Of a stretch of DNA of 64,000 nucleotides, positions 18,909-27,852 are shown piece by piece. A program made the position numbers and the translations under genes. Location of the stretch: the IMG/VR virus record IMGVR_UViG_3300028883_000046, positions 11,718 through 75,717 of that record, one strand, 5' to 3'. Under the pieces are notes generated by a model. The model did no database searches. It was not told where the DNA came from and saw only the letters and a list, made by a program, of their open reading frames with translations. Every line of letters begins with the position of its first letter. Positions within the stretch are counted from its first letter, which is position 1. The stretch comes from a virus.

Positions 18909-20369
18909 ATGAAAAAAGATCACAAAACAATCGGCATTTTTACCAACTTCCAAGAATTCAAACCAGGATACAGCCTTACAGGCATTGCGGTAGATCAAGC
19001 GTTAATGCTTCTCAGAAACGGCCACAAAGTTTGCATGTTTGTCAACGAGCGTTTCAACAAGGAGAAAAACAAAGAAGCCGGCATCCAATTCCTCGAGGAC
19101 ACCTATCCAAATCTTTTCTTCGTTATCAAAAAATCGAAATTCATGCATTTGACCGATTACGAAACCCAAACGACCTTGTCCGAGAGTCATAAAAGAGACT
19201 CGATTATTGCCGCTCAGATGTATACGGAAGAAATAGTAAAACACGACATTGACATATGTTATACCCACGATTTTATATTTGTAGGCTGGAATCTCCCTTA
19301 CTCTCTTGCAGTAAAAGCGGCCGATAATATGTTGAAGAAAATCGGCAAGATGGTTTATTGGCTTCACTGGATCCATAGTGTACCTTCGCCCGAGGGTAAA
19401 GACTGGTGGGATATCAATACTTATGGTGATAACCATCTTATTGTGTTCCCAAACAATGTTGAAGTCGTGAGAGTGGCAGAGAGTTTCAATACAAACCCTT
19501 CCAGAATAAGAATTATTCCTCATATAAAAGATATTCGATCCTGGTATGAATTCTCTCAAAATTCATGGAATTTTATTGATCGGTATCCAAATATACTTCA
19601 ATCAAATGTGGTTCAAGTCTATCCTTGCTCTACCGATAGACTTTCAGCCAAACAGCTTGAGCTTGTTATAAAGATCTTTGGCTATATGAAGAAAGCAAAG
19701 GTTAAAGTCTTCTTGTGTGCCGCGAATCAATGGGCTACCGGTCGTCATAGAAAAGAAGACGTAAACAAATATATTGATTTGGCTGAATACGTCGGTCTCA
19801 GATATGGCGAGGATTTTGTTTTTACTTCCGAATATTCGACAAATCAAAATCTATCCAAAATCATAAAATCCGCAAGTGATTTTGAAGACCTTGAGGTTGA
19901 TCTAAATCTGGGAGGTTATCCAGAAGTAAGCAAAACCATTAACAAAGAAAAGGATTTCGAAGAAGAGAAAACAAGACTTTTAGAAATACTTCAACCTTAT
20001 TCCACAGGCATCGATAAAAGAATGCTTAGGGAACTGCAATTACTTTCGAACGTTTTTATCTTTCCTACAAGAGAAGAAAGCTTTGGGCTTGTTGGTCCTG
20101 AAAGTTCTTTTTCAGGTGCTCTTGTTGTTTCAAACAAAAGCCTATCAATGATGTATGAAGTATTAGGCACGATGGCCCCAGCTTTTGAATTCGGGTCACA
20201 CCATCAAACGACTCCCGCAGTAAAGAGCGAGAAATACATTAAAGGCGTATCCTTTGCCATCCTAAATCGGATCTATTCAAACGAGGCAATTATGACCAAG
20301 ACCTATACAAAAAATCGTTACAATATGGATTCGATTTATCAAAGATACTATCTTCCTTTCGCAGTATAA
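18909..20369 (+). CDS. Glycosyltransferase, GT-B fold (GT4-like)
   Basis: 'VFIFPTREESFGLVGPESSFSG' E-x7-E motif; 'GHKVCMF'. Confidence 0.8.
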   Translation: MKKDHKTIGIFTNFQEFKPGYSLTGIAVDQALMLLRNGHKVCMFVNERFNKEKNKEAGIQFLEDTYPNLFFVIKKSKFMHLTDYETQTTLSESHKRDSIIAAQMYTEEIVKHDIDICYTHDFIFVGWNLPYSLAVKAADNMLKKIGKMVYWLHWIHSVPSPEGKDWWDINTYGDNHLIVFPNNVEVVRVAESFNTNPSRIRIIPHIKDIRSWYEFSQNSWNFIDRYPNILQSNVVQVYPCSTDRLSAKQLELVIKIFGYMKKAKVKVFLCAANQWATGRHRKEDVNKYIDLAEYVGLRYGEDFVFTSEYSTNQNLSKIIKSASDFEDLEVDLNLGGYPEVSKTINKEKDFEEEKTRLLEILQPYSTGIDKRMLRELQLLSNVFIFPTREESFGLVGPESSFSGALVVSNKSLSMMYEVLGTMAPAFEFGSHHQTTPAVKSEKYIKGVSFAILNRIYSNEAIMTKTYTKNRYNMDSIYQRYYLPFAV

Positions 20370-20394
20370 AAAACACAAAAAAAAGAGGTTCAAA

Positions 20395-21084
20395 ATGCTA
20401 ATTGCTCTTATCCCAACTATGGATGTTGCCGGGTCTTTGCCTTTGGTCCGAAGTATTTTGAATTGCAAAGACAGACCAGAAGAGACCTATATCATAAATA
20501 ACGGTAAGCGAGTAGGTGAGCAAGTAATCAAAGATGTTCAATCAGGCATCTGTTTAATACAATTTGATAAAAACATAGGTGTGAATGCTTCTTGGAATGT
20601 CGGCTTGAATATTGCAGAAGACAAAAAGGCTCACTTGTCTATCCTGAATGATGATATCCAAATCAAATACACTTTTTTTAGCCGAATTAGAAAACTACTT
20701 CGCACCGATAACCACACTCCTGTTTTTTGCCCAAGTACTATTCACGATCTTGATAAGTTTTTTAACCTTCCAAGTTTTTCTACTGCGCCAAGTAGCATAA
20801 CCACTATGCGGCGCAAAGAGGGTTGGGCATTTACGATAAGAGATTCCTACGTTAAAAAAATACCTGCAATCCCAAAAGAACTTTTTACTTTTTGCGGTGA
20901 TGATTGGATTTGGGATCATACGGTTTCCTATGGCGGTAGATGGATAAAAGATATAAGTAATGTTATCTATCATCGCATTGGAAAAACATTGCGGCAAATG
21001 CCAGAATTGAGATCCCGATTGAGAGAAGAAAAACAAATTTACAAAAGAATAAAACAAAAGGGAAAGCACTCATGGGAAGAGTAA
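20395..21084 (+). CDS. Glycosyltransferase, GT-A fold (GT2-like)
   Basis: 'NIGVNASWNVG', 'ILNDDI', 'FCGDDW'. Confidence 0.75.
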   Translation: MLIALIPTMDVAGSLPLVRSILNCKDRPEETYIINNGKRVGEQVIKDVQSGICLIQFDKNIGVNASWNVGLNIAEDKKAHLSILNDDIQIKYTFFSRIRKLLRTDNHTPVFCPSTIHDLDKFFNLPSFSTAPSSITTMRRKEGWAFTIRDSYVKKIPAIPKELFTFCGDDWIWDHTVSYGGRWIKDISNVIYHRIGKTLRQMPELRSRLREEKQIYKRIKQKGKHSWEE

Positions 21085-21587
21085 CGATGGGTAGACATAG
21101 CTATGGCAAGATAAAAGTAATTGGACAACGTTGCCATGTATATGTTGGCCGATTTACTTCAATTGCCGACGATGTAAAGGTAATTACTTTAGGTCACGAT
21201 CCTAAAAACGTTTCTACCTTTCCATTCAATAAATTTAAAGGTTGGGATAGAGCATTAAACTCTACTACCCATCCTAAAGTTTATGGTGACGTTCAAATTG
21301 GTCACGATGTTTGGATCGGATATGGTAGTACTATTATGGGAGGCGTGAAAATCCTTGATGGTGCTATAGTTGCCGCTGGTTCAGTAGTAATAAAGGACGT
21401 TTCTGCTTATTCTATTGTGGGAGGTGTTCCTGCTCAACATATAAAGTGGCGCTTTCCAATCGAGGATATTCAAACTCTTCTAAAAATAAAATGGTGGGAT
21501 TGGGAGGACGATAAAATAAGAACAAATGCAGATATACTTTGTTCGCATAATATCGATTATTTTTTAACCACACATGGAGGGAAGTAA
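21072..21587 (+). CDS. Hexapeptide-repeat O-acetyltransferase (CatB/Vat-like fold)
   Basis: 'IGHDVWIG', 'GAIVAAGSVVIKDV..YSIVGGVPA', 'IKWWDW'. Confidence 0.85.
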   Translation: MGRVTMGRHSYGKIKVIGQRCHVYVGRFTSIADDVKVITLGHDPKNVSTFPFNKFKGWDRALNSTTHPKVYGDVQIGHDVWIGYGSTIMGGVKILDGAIVAAGSVVIKDVSAYSIVGGVPAQHIKWRFPIEDIQTLLKIKWWDWEDDKIRTNADILCSHNIDYFLTTHGGK

Positions 21588-21588
21588 A

Positions 21589-22257
21589 ATGGAAGAAGCG
21601 CCCAAAAAATTCAAAACGCCGAAGCAATACAGGGAAATGGAATTCAGACAACTACTTGTAGAGCTAACAAAACTTTTGAAGCCTAAAGTCTATGTGGAGA
21701 TTGGCATTAAAAAGTGTTATACTTTTAACCAAATCTCACCGCTTGTAGATTTGGCAATTGGCGTTGATATCAACGAATCAAGCTGGCAGTATATGGAAAT
21801 AGCAAAAGAAAATGATATCTTTCTTTGCATGGATAGTAAAGGGTTTGCCGAATGGGTTAAGCAATATAAGCCGGAACTTAAAATCGATTTTCTTTTTATC
21901 GATGGCGACCATCACCATGAAGCTATTCTGGACGATATCGATGCCTGTATTGGTCTTCTCAAGCCTTATGAAAGCATGGTTTTCCTTCATGATACATATC
22001 CTGCGAACGAAAATTTATTGGCAAAGGGATATTGCTTCGATGCATGGAAAGCCGCAAGCTTCATTCGAAAGTTCGCAAAAGACGATTTTGAAATAACTAC
22101 TTTGCCTGGACCCTGGGCCGGTATGTCAATACTTCGATTCGCGCCAGATTACTGCCATGGCTGGATGGAAGAGGACATATCGAAAATGTTCCAAAAACAA
22201 AAATATTACAACGAAAGGAAAACTACACTTGGTAAATTTAACCCTTCGGATTTGTGA
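21589..22257 (+). CDS. Class I SAM-dependent methyltransferase
   Basis: 'VYVEIG', 'IDFLFIDGDH', 'FLHDT'. Confidence 0.75.
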   Translation: MEEAPKKFKTPKQYREMEFRQLLVELTKLLKPKVYVEIGIKKCYTFNQISPLVDLAIGVDINESSWQYMEIAKENDIFLCMDSKGFAEWVKQYKPELKIDFLFIDGDHHHEAILDDIDACIGLLKPYESMVFLHDTYPANENLLAKGYCFDAWKAASFIRKFAKDDFEITTLPGPWAGMSILRFAPDYCHGWMEEDISKMFQKQKYYNERKTTLGKFNPSDL

Positions 22258-22284
22258 TAATTATAACGAAAAGGAGAGCTACAA

Positions 22285-22464
22285 TTGATAGCGTTAACCG
22301 CATTACTTCTCGGATTTGTGATAGGTCTCTTGATAGCAACAACAAGATTTAAGGGAAATGCTTTCAAGGAAAGTTATTTTCAATTTAGAGATGGCAAATA
22401 TAAAGTGGTAAAACTTGATAGCTTGGAATCGATTGAGCTATTGGAAAGGATAAACGTGGTATGA
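22285..22464 (+). CDS. Small membrane protein (59 aa, not in ORF track)
   Basis: AAGGAG RBS, TTG start, hydrophobic N-terminus; TGA overlaps next ATG. Confidence 0.55.
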   Translation: MIALTALLLGFVIGLLIATTRFKGNAFKESYFQFRDGKYKVVKLDSLESIELLERINVV

Positions 22465-23579
22465 AAGTAGTATTTCTTTTCATGTCGCAAGGGTGCGCCT
22501 CGCCAGGTTCTACAGAAAGAACTTATCCAAAACATCAGTGTGGTACGAAGTATATGGATGATTTTGCGGGCGAGGGATATTTTAAACTTCTTGACGCCTT
22601 GGTTAAAAACGAGACGATAACAGATTTAAAGATATTTTTTGAATCAAACGTCCAACCGGGTCTCGCAAGTTGGGTAACGGGCGAAAACGTATATTGCGAA
22701 GTAATTCCCGAAATTCGGTTTGTGGAAGAGTATATTGACAAAGACACGATTATCTTTGCAAGAGGCGGGTTTAAACATTGGCATGATTTTCTTTTGAAGT
22801 ATAAAGGCAAAAACTGGCTAATGCTTTATGCCGCTAATACTGGTAGACAACGGTGGACGTTCTGGGATATTATCCTTGACGATTTGAGAGATTTTCACTC
22901 GATTGATAAGTACGGAAGATATTACTTCCCTTTCGTCAAGCCTATCAATGAGGATATGTTCTATCCAAAAAACGATACGCCTATTGAATGGGATTTTTGT
23001 ATTGGTGCCTCCCATATTCATGATCGAAAAGGACAGTGGAGAGCATTAGAAGCAATTATTGAGTATAACAGAAAGTATGGTGAAATCAGAGCCGTTATGC
23101 CTGGTGCGCCAAGAAGAAGTATAAAGACTCATGAAATGCTTTTAAGATTAGATGAAATGCGATGGGTAGAAACTCCCGGTCATGTTCACAGGACGCAACT
23201 TAGGGAGATATTGAATGGGTCGAAGTATTTCATTCATCTTGGCGCGCACGGTCAAAACGATAGAGGCCCGCTTGAAGCTCTTGCCTGCGGTACTTCAACC
23301 ATAATTGCTTCTCCAGGTTATCATGCTCCCTTTCTAACGGATTGTTGTTTTACTGGTTGCAATCTTGACGATAAGGAATCAATTGCCAACAGTATGCATT
23401 TTTTAAGAAATGCCTGGACGCCTCAGGACAAAATAAAAACGTATAACTTCTACAAGAAAAAAAGCGGATTTGAAGGAGTGGTGATTCCAAAAATGACCTC
23501 CCTATTTTCTTTGCTTTCGATGGCACATCCTTGTTTGCAAGCAAAGAAAGAAATAAGACAAATCTTTTTGGAAAGGTGA
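22461..23579 (+). CDS. Glycosyltransferase, GT-B fold
   Basis: 'RKGQ', 'QNDRGPLEALACG', 'LREILNGSK'. Confidence 0.65.
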   Translation: MKVVFLFMSQGCASPGSTERTYPKHQCGTKYMDDFAGEGYFKLLDALVKNETITDLKIFFESNVQPGLASWVTGENVYCEVIPEIRFVEEYIDKDTIIFARGGFKHWHDFLLKYKGKNWLMLYAANTGRQRWTFWDIILDDLRDFHSIDKYGRYYFPFVKPINEDMFYPKNDTPIEWDFCIGASHIHDRKGQWRALEAIIEYNRKYGEIRAVMPGAPRRSIKTHEMLLRLDEMRWVETPGHVHRTQLREILNGSKYFIHLGAHGQNDRGPLEALACGTSTIIASPGYHAPFLTDCCFTGCNLDDKESIANSMHFLRNAWTPQDKIKTYNFYKKKSGFEGVVIPKMTSLFSLLSMAHPCLQAKKEIRQIFLER

Positions 23580-23584
23580 CAATT

Positions 23585-24184
23585 ATGAACAACCTGCATA
23601 GTCTTTACAACGAAAGTTTTTTTTATCGAAGAAAAAATCTTTTGTGGCGCGCACCCATCCTATGTGACATAATCAAAAGAGTATTTCCAAACATGATTAG
23701 CGTTATAGATGTCGGATGCGCTATTGGCGAGTTTGTTCAAGAGTTTCAAAACATGGGAATGGTCGCCATGGGTATTGAGGGAAGCACAAGTGCCAAAAAG
23801 TACTTCTTGCCTGATATTCATGTATCCTTGTGGGATATGAGGCAAATGCTACCTCCATCAAAGGTTAACTTTTATGATCTTTGTATGTGTCTTGAGGTTG
23901 CGGAGCACATAGAAGAAGAGTATTCCGATATATTTGTTAACAATCTATGTAGCCTATCAAAGACTGTTTTAATATCTGCCGCAGTACCAGGACAACAAGG
24001 TCATGGCCATTTTAATTGCCAACCAAACGAGTATTGGGAAATAAAATTTGGTATAAGAAAGTACAAAAGAAATTGCGACAAAGAAAATCAATTCAGGCAA
24101 TTGCTTGAGAAGTACAAGACTAAAAAAGGATTAAACGCCTATTATTCAAATACAATGATCTATGAAAAGAAAATAGGTTTTTAA
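23585..24184 (+). CDS. Class I SAM-dependent methyltransferase
   Basis: 'VIDVGCAIG', 'CLEVAEHI', 'SAAVPGQQGHGHFNCQ..YW'. Confidence 0.8.
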   Translation: MNNLHSLYNESFFYRRKNLLWRAPILCDIIKRVFPNMISVIDVGCAIGEFVQEFQNMGMVAMGIEGSTSAKKYFLPDIHVSLWDMRQMLPPSKVNFYDLCMCLEVAEHIEEEYSDIFVNNLCSLSKTVLISAAVPGQQGHGHFNCQPNEYWEIKFGIRKYKRNCDKENQFRQLLEKYKTKKGLNAYYSNTMIYEKKIGF

Positions 24185-24204
24185 GACTGAAAGGAAGACC
24201 TAAA

Positions 24205-24483
24205 ATGATTAAAGTAAATCCTAAAGTTTGTAAAAGGTGCGCACGACATAATCTTGCCTGGATGGCTACCGCACGACAACCGTTATCAATGATAAAGCTT
24301 AGGTATAGAATGCTTTTGGAATGCTCAAGAGCATTACTTCGCAATTTAACATTGCCGTGCCCGGTTGTTTTCTTTAGGGACGAAGAAGTAAATCCATATG
24401 GTTATTCAAAATTGTCTTCGCTAACAGGTAGTGTTCCTCGTTGGTGCCCATATGCAGTACAACATAAATACGAAATTTTTTGA
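24205..24483 (+). CDS. Hypothetical Cys-containing protein
   Basis: AAGGA RBS; CxxC and WCPY. Confidence 0.5.
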   Translation: MIKVNPKVCKRCARHNLAWMATARQPLSMIKLRYRMLLECSRALLRNLTLPCPVVFFRDEEVNPYGYSKLSSLTGSVPRWCPYAVQHKYEIF

Positions 24484-24505
24484 ATAGAAAAAGGAGAGAA
24501 TATCA

Positions 24506-25312
24506 ATGGAGAACCATCAGAAATTTGACTTGACCTGTACGGCAACCCTGAGGCCCGAGCTTTTGGATATTACTCTTTCAACATTTACAAAGAATTTTTT
24601 TAGAGAGAGGATAAGTTGTGCGAGGCTTATAATCAACATTGATATGGCAGGTGTTGAAGAAGAAAGAGAAAAGCAAGAGAAGTATCAGGATGTTTTGTCC
24701 ATCATAGAAAAGTATCCGTTTTATGAGAAAGAAATTAGAGTTGGGAACGATCCTCACTTCCCAACAGCCTTTTGTTGGTGTATGAGCGAGCTTGAAAACG
24801 AATACTTTTTTCATCTTGAGGAAGATTGGCGAATGTTGATACCTCTTGACTTTGAAGAAATGTGGACCATCTTTTCCAAATATGAAACCTTGGCCCACCT
24901 TCGTTTGTCGCAATTTAAAAGCGAAGAAAAAGAGTGTAAGAATTGGAACAAATTCCTACCCTGGAATGGCGAGTTTTTCGAAGTGAAAGAAGAAGAGAAG
25001 GGAGTTATTGGCTGGGCTGGTCACCCTTCGTTGAATAGATCCTCGTTTATGAAGGAGTGTTTGAAATACATTGACCCTATGGTTAATCCAGAGAAGCAAA
25101 TCAAAGGGAGAAGATATACCCATCCTATGAATGAAATACTTTCATGGCACAGATTTGGTAGCTATCACCCGCAAAATTCTGCTCCCGCAATTATGGATAT
25201 CGGCAGAAACTGGATGATTCAACATGGGTGGATCAAAGAAGGTTCGAAAGCATTTTTCACAAACTGGATTAAAGAGAAGAAAGATTATGAGGATTACATT
25301 TTGGAAACATAG
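24506..25312 (+). CDS. Putative glycosyltransferase, GT-A fold
   Basis: 'TATLRPELL..TL', 'YFFHLEEDW', 'HPSL'. Confidence 0.65.
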   Translation: MENHQKFDLTCTATLRPELLDITLSTFTKNFFRERISCARLIINIDMAGVEEEREKQEKYQDVLSIIEKYPFYEKEIRVGNDPHFPTAFCWCMSELENEYFFHLEEDWRMLIPLDFEEMWTIFSKYETLAHLRLSQFKSEEKECKNWNKFLPWNGEFFEVKEEEKGVIGWAGHPSLNRSSFMKECLKYIDPMVNPEKQIKGRRYTHPMNEILSWHRFGSYHPQNSAPAIMDIGRNWMIQHGWIKEGSKAFFTNWIKEKKDYEDYILET

Positions 25313-25478
25313 ATTTGGAATGTTTACCTTCACAGTAAAAGAGTTTCGGTGCTGTGGAAACGTATGGCAACTACTGCTTTCCAAAAACTGGCCAGAAAGA
25401 TATCTTTGGAAGCCAAGATGCCCAACATGCGGTAAACCCATAAGAAGAAGGAAGAAAAGAAATGGGAAACGAGGTTAA
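25287..25478 (+). CDS. Small Zn-ribbon-like hypothetical protein
   Basis: CC...CPTCG. Confidence 0.4.
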   Translation: MRITFWKHRFGMFTFTVKEFRCCGNVWQLLLSKNWPERYLWKPRCPTCGKPIRRRKKRNGKRG

Positions 25479-25647
25479 CAAACAATTGATTTTTGATATT
25501 AAACAGTTGATTACCAAATATGAAAAAGAAATGGGAGGATTGAGAATAAAAGAAATTCACATATTCTGGAATAATCATGGCGTAGACAATCTTTTATTTA
25601 TCACATCCGCAGTCAAGAATCTATCGTTACACCCAAAACAATTTTAA
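25462..25647 (+). CDS. Hypothetical protein
   Basis: 61 aa ORF within the operon. Confidence 0.4.
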   Translation: MGNEVNKQLIFDIKQLITKYEKEMGGLRIKEIHIFWNNHGVDNLLFITSAVKNLSLHPKQF

Positions 25648-25663
25648 AAAAGGAAGGCTAAAA

Positions 25664-26725
25664 ATGAAAAAAGATCTATCTATTATTATCCCTTTCGTTG
25701 GTGAGTATCCCCAGGTACTCTTTACTATCCAATCTATTGCCCAAAGTCTTTTAGGATCGTCAATTGATTTTGAGATAGTAGCCGTCAATAACTATTGCTT
25801 AAAGGTTCAAGACCAGGCAAGAATTGCGGCAGAAAAACAAATGAAAGTACTTTGGCAAAAGATCTTTAATGATAACGAGGAATTTTGTGTTGAGGACATA
25901 TACTCAATTCGAAAAAATACCATGCCAACATTCGAAGACAAAAGCGGCCCTGCGATTGCGGCTTGCGTGAAGGGAAACGAGTGGTTGAAGTATATTCACT
26001 ATGACGAAAGATTGTCACACTGGCAAGCCAAAAGAGCAGGGGTTGACGCCTCAAGCGGCCAGGTTTTAATGTTCGTTGACGCGCACACAACGCCTTCACA
26101 CAATGCAATCGAAGGAATGTATAATGCATATACCACAAACTATTCGAAGCTTGGATCGATTCATCTTCCTTTGACATACAAGATCCTTGAGTGGCATAAA
26201 TTGATTTATAAGCCTCTTGTTGAAGAGAAATACTTCTACTCCTATAAATTTACAGGGTTTAGGGAATCGCCCGACCCTTATGAGGTAGCTTGTATGTCTA
26301 CTTGTGGCATGATGATAGATAGAGATATTTATGACGCAATTGGCGGTTGGCCAGTTGGTCTGGGAGTATACGGAGGTGGCGAGAATTTCATGAATTATAC
26401 TTTGGCAGTATGCGGCTACAAGAAGTATATATATCCTGATGGAATTCTTTTTCACCATGGAGAGAAAAGAGATTACCATTATTACTATGACGATTTTGTA
26501 ACCAATAGGCTGATAGCTCATTATTTGTTTGGCGGAAAAGATTTGCTTCACAAACTTAAAACAGTAATGAAAGGAAGACCAGAGACTTTGGAAATGTTTT
26601 GCCATGAAGTAGAAAAACAACATTCCGATCAAAGGCAAAAAATAAAAGCAATTCAAAAAGAGAACGTAGAAGACTGGATAAAAGCATGGTACAAACAAGA
26701 CGAGGGAGAAGAAAATGGACTTTAA
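25664..26725 (+). CDS. GT-A glycosyltransferase with ppGalNAc-T-like motifs
   Basis: 'LSIIIPF', 'SGQVLMFVDAH' (DxH), 'IDRDIYDAIGG...YGGGEN...VCG'. Confidence 0.8.
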   Translation: MKKDLSIIIPFVGEYPQVLFTIQSIAQSLLGSSIDFEIVAVNNYCLKVQDQARIAAEKQMKVLWQKIFNDNEEFCVEDIYSIRKNTMPTFEDKSGPAIAACVKGNEWLKYIHYDERLSHWQAKRAGVDASSGQVLMFVDAHTTPSHNAIEGMYNAYTTNYSKLGSIHLPLTYKILEWHKLIYKPLVEEKYFYSYKFTGFRESPDPYEVACMSTCGMMIDRDIYDAIGGWPVGLGVYGGGENFMNYTLAVCGYKKYIYPDGILFHHGEKRDYHYYYDDFVTNRLIAHYLFGGKDLLHKLKTVMKGRPETLEMFCHEVEKQHSDQRQKIKAIQKENVEDWIKAWYKQDEGEENGL

Positions 26726-27101
26726 TGAATATCTGAAAGATTTTGAAAGCAAGATCGTCGTAGGTGGTTTTACTTCTGGCATTTTTAGTGCCAAGGAGCA
26801 TGTTGTGCCTCTTCGTCCAGGGAAACTTTCCAATTCTGAGTTTGGGCAGTTTGTTGGAGAAGTATTTGAGGCGGACGATATTTTTGCAATCAACTATTAT
26901 GGATTGTATAAGTTGTCCGAGAAGATCATAACCGTTTCCAATGACGCTATGAATATCTTTGGTACGATTAGATCTATAAAATGCCCTGTGGTCTACTTCA
27001 ACTCGATTAAGTTTGAAACGGTTAAGAAACTCTCTCCTGAGCTTTACGAGAATTTTGCCGAATTCAAAAAGTATGTTGTGGATCTCAGGTGGGGAAAGTA
27101 A
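26715..27101 (+). CDS. Hypothetical protein
   Basis: GGGAG RBS; last gene of the + arm. Confidence 0.6.
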   Translation: MDFNEYLKDFESKIVVGGFTSGIFSAKEHVVPLRPGKLSNSEFGQFVGEVFEADDIFAINYYGLYKLSEKIITVSNDAMNIFGTIRSIKCPVVYFNSIKFETVKKLSPELYENFAEFKKYVVDLRWGK

Positions 27102-27122
27102 AAGAGAGTCAAAAAAAGGGCC

Positions 27123-27163
27123 AAAAAAAAAGGGAGCGATTTTTTAGGTCGCTCCCTTTTTTT
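27123..27163. terminator. Bidirectional rho-independent terminator
   Basis: A9-GGGAGCGAT...GTCGCTCCC-T7 at the convergence of the two arms. Confidence 0.9.
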
Positions 27164-27173
27164 ATACTTCTTT

Positions 27174-27563
27174 TTAGGCAAGCTTGTTTAGATACTCGAC
27201 AAACTTGCCCATCATTTCGTAAAACTCCGTCCTAATTACGGATCCGAAACCATTTTTCCAAAAAAATATATTTTCTTCTTCCGGTGTTCTTTTCGTAAAA
27301 CAAGCCGTTTTATACACTGGCCATTTTGGAAATGGACTTTCCCGCAAAACCCTGTTAACGTCTCTTTTTGTTTTGCAGTCTACCAATAGGCGTTTAAGTC
27401 TATTTAAGTAGTACTCTTGAGCGTCTCTTACAGAAAGACCAAAGCCTTCGTTATACCAGTGCGCTTGAAATTCAGTTTCTTTAAGAGTTGGTGTAACAGG
27501 CTGAAGGATTTGCATAGCTTCCGACAACGTTTCTTTGTCAAAGTATTTAACTTTTTTTGCCAC
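27174..27563 (-). CDS. Hypothetical protein
   Basis: 129 aa ORF, last gene of the - arm. Confidence 0.6.
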   Translation of the reverse strand: MAKKVKYFDKETLSEAMQILQPVTPTLKETEFQAHWYNEGFGLSVRDAQEYYLNRLKRLLVDCKTKRDVNRVLRESPFPKWPVYKTACFTKRTPEEENIFFWKNGFGSVIRTEFYEMMGKFVEYLNKLA

Positions 27564-27837
27564 TGTTTTCTTCCTTTCCTATTTTGAAGTGATAGATTAT
27601 TTTTGATCTCAAATAATCAAGAGCGTCTGCTATTTCTTTTGGCCCTGCCGGCTCTTTAACTTCTACTGCCATGTGATAGTCGTTATCCCAATCTATTCTA
27701 AGTTCCAAGGTCGTTTTGGTTGTTTTTTCGAAAAGAGAATAAACCTTGTTTTCTTTTTTGAATGAATCGCGTGAAGACTTTAGATTAATGATTTTGTGAT
27801 TTGTATAGATCTCCTCAACTCTTGGTAGACGGCTCAT
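27547..27837 (-). CDS. Hypothetical protein
   Basis: GGAG RBS; packed ORF. Confidence 0.6.
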   Translation of the reverse strand: MSRLPRVEEIYTNHKIINLKSSRDSFKKENKVYSLFEKTTKTTLELRIDWDNDYHMAVEVKEPAGPKEIADALDYLRSKIIYHFKIGKEENSGKKS

Positions 27838-27852
27838 TTTTTTTCTTCTCCA

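Noticed and set aside
21072-21587. Antibiotic resistance gene (vat/catB)
   Set aside because: The fold is shared with sugar O-acetyltransferases, and the context among GTs and methyltransferases favours glycan tailoring.
18909-26725. GT cluster as a DNA hypermodification or serotype-conversion locus
   Set aside because: Not excluded but less favoured: it lies on the late strand away from nucleotide genes, and no hydroxymethyl-base kinase, TET/JBP enzyme, flippase or multi-TM GtrABC-type gene was recognised.
26096-26893. 265 aa ORF on the - strand
   Set aside because: Antisense to two well-supported + genes, with no recognisable motifs.
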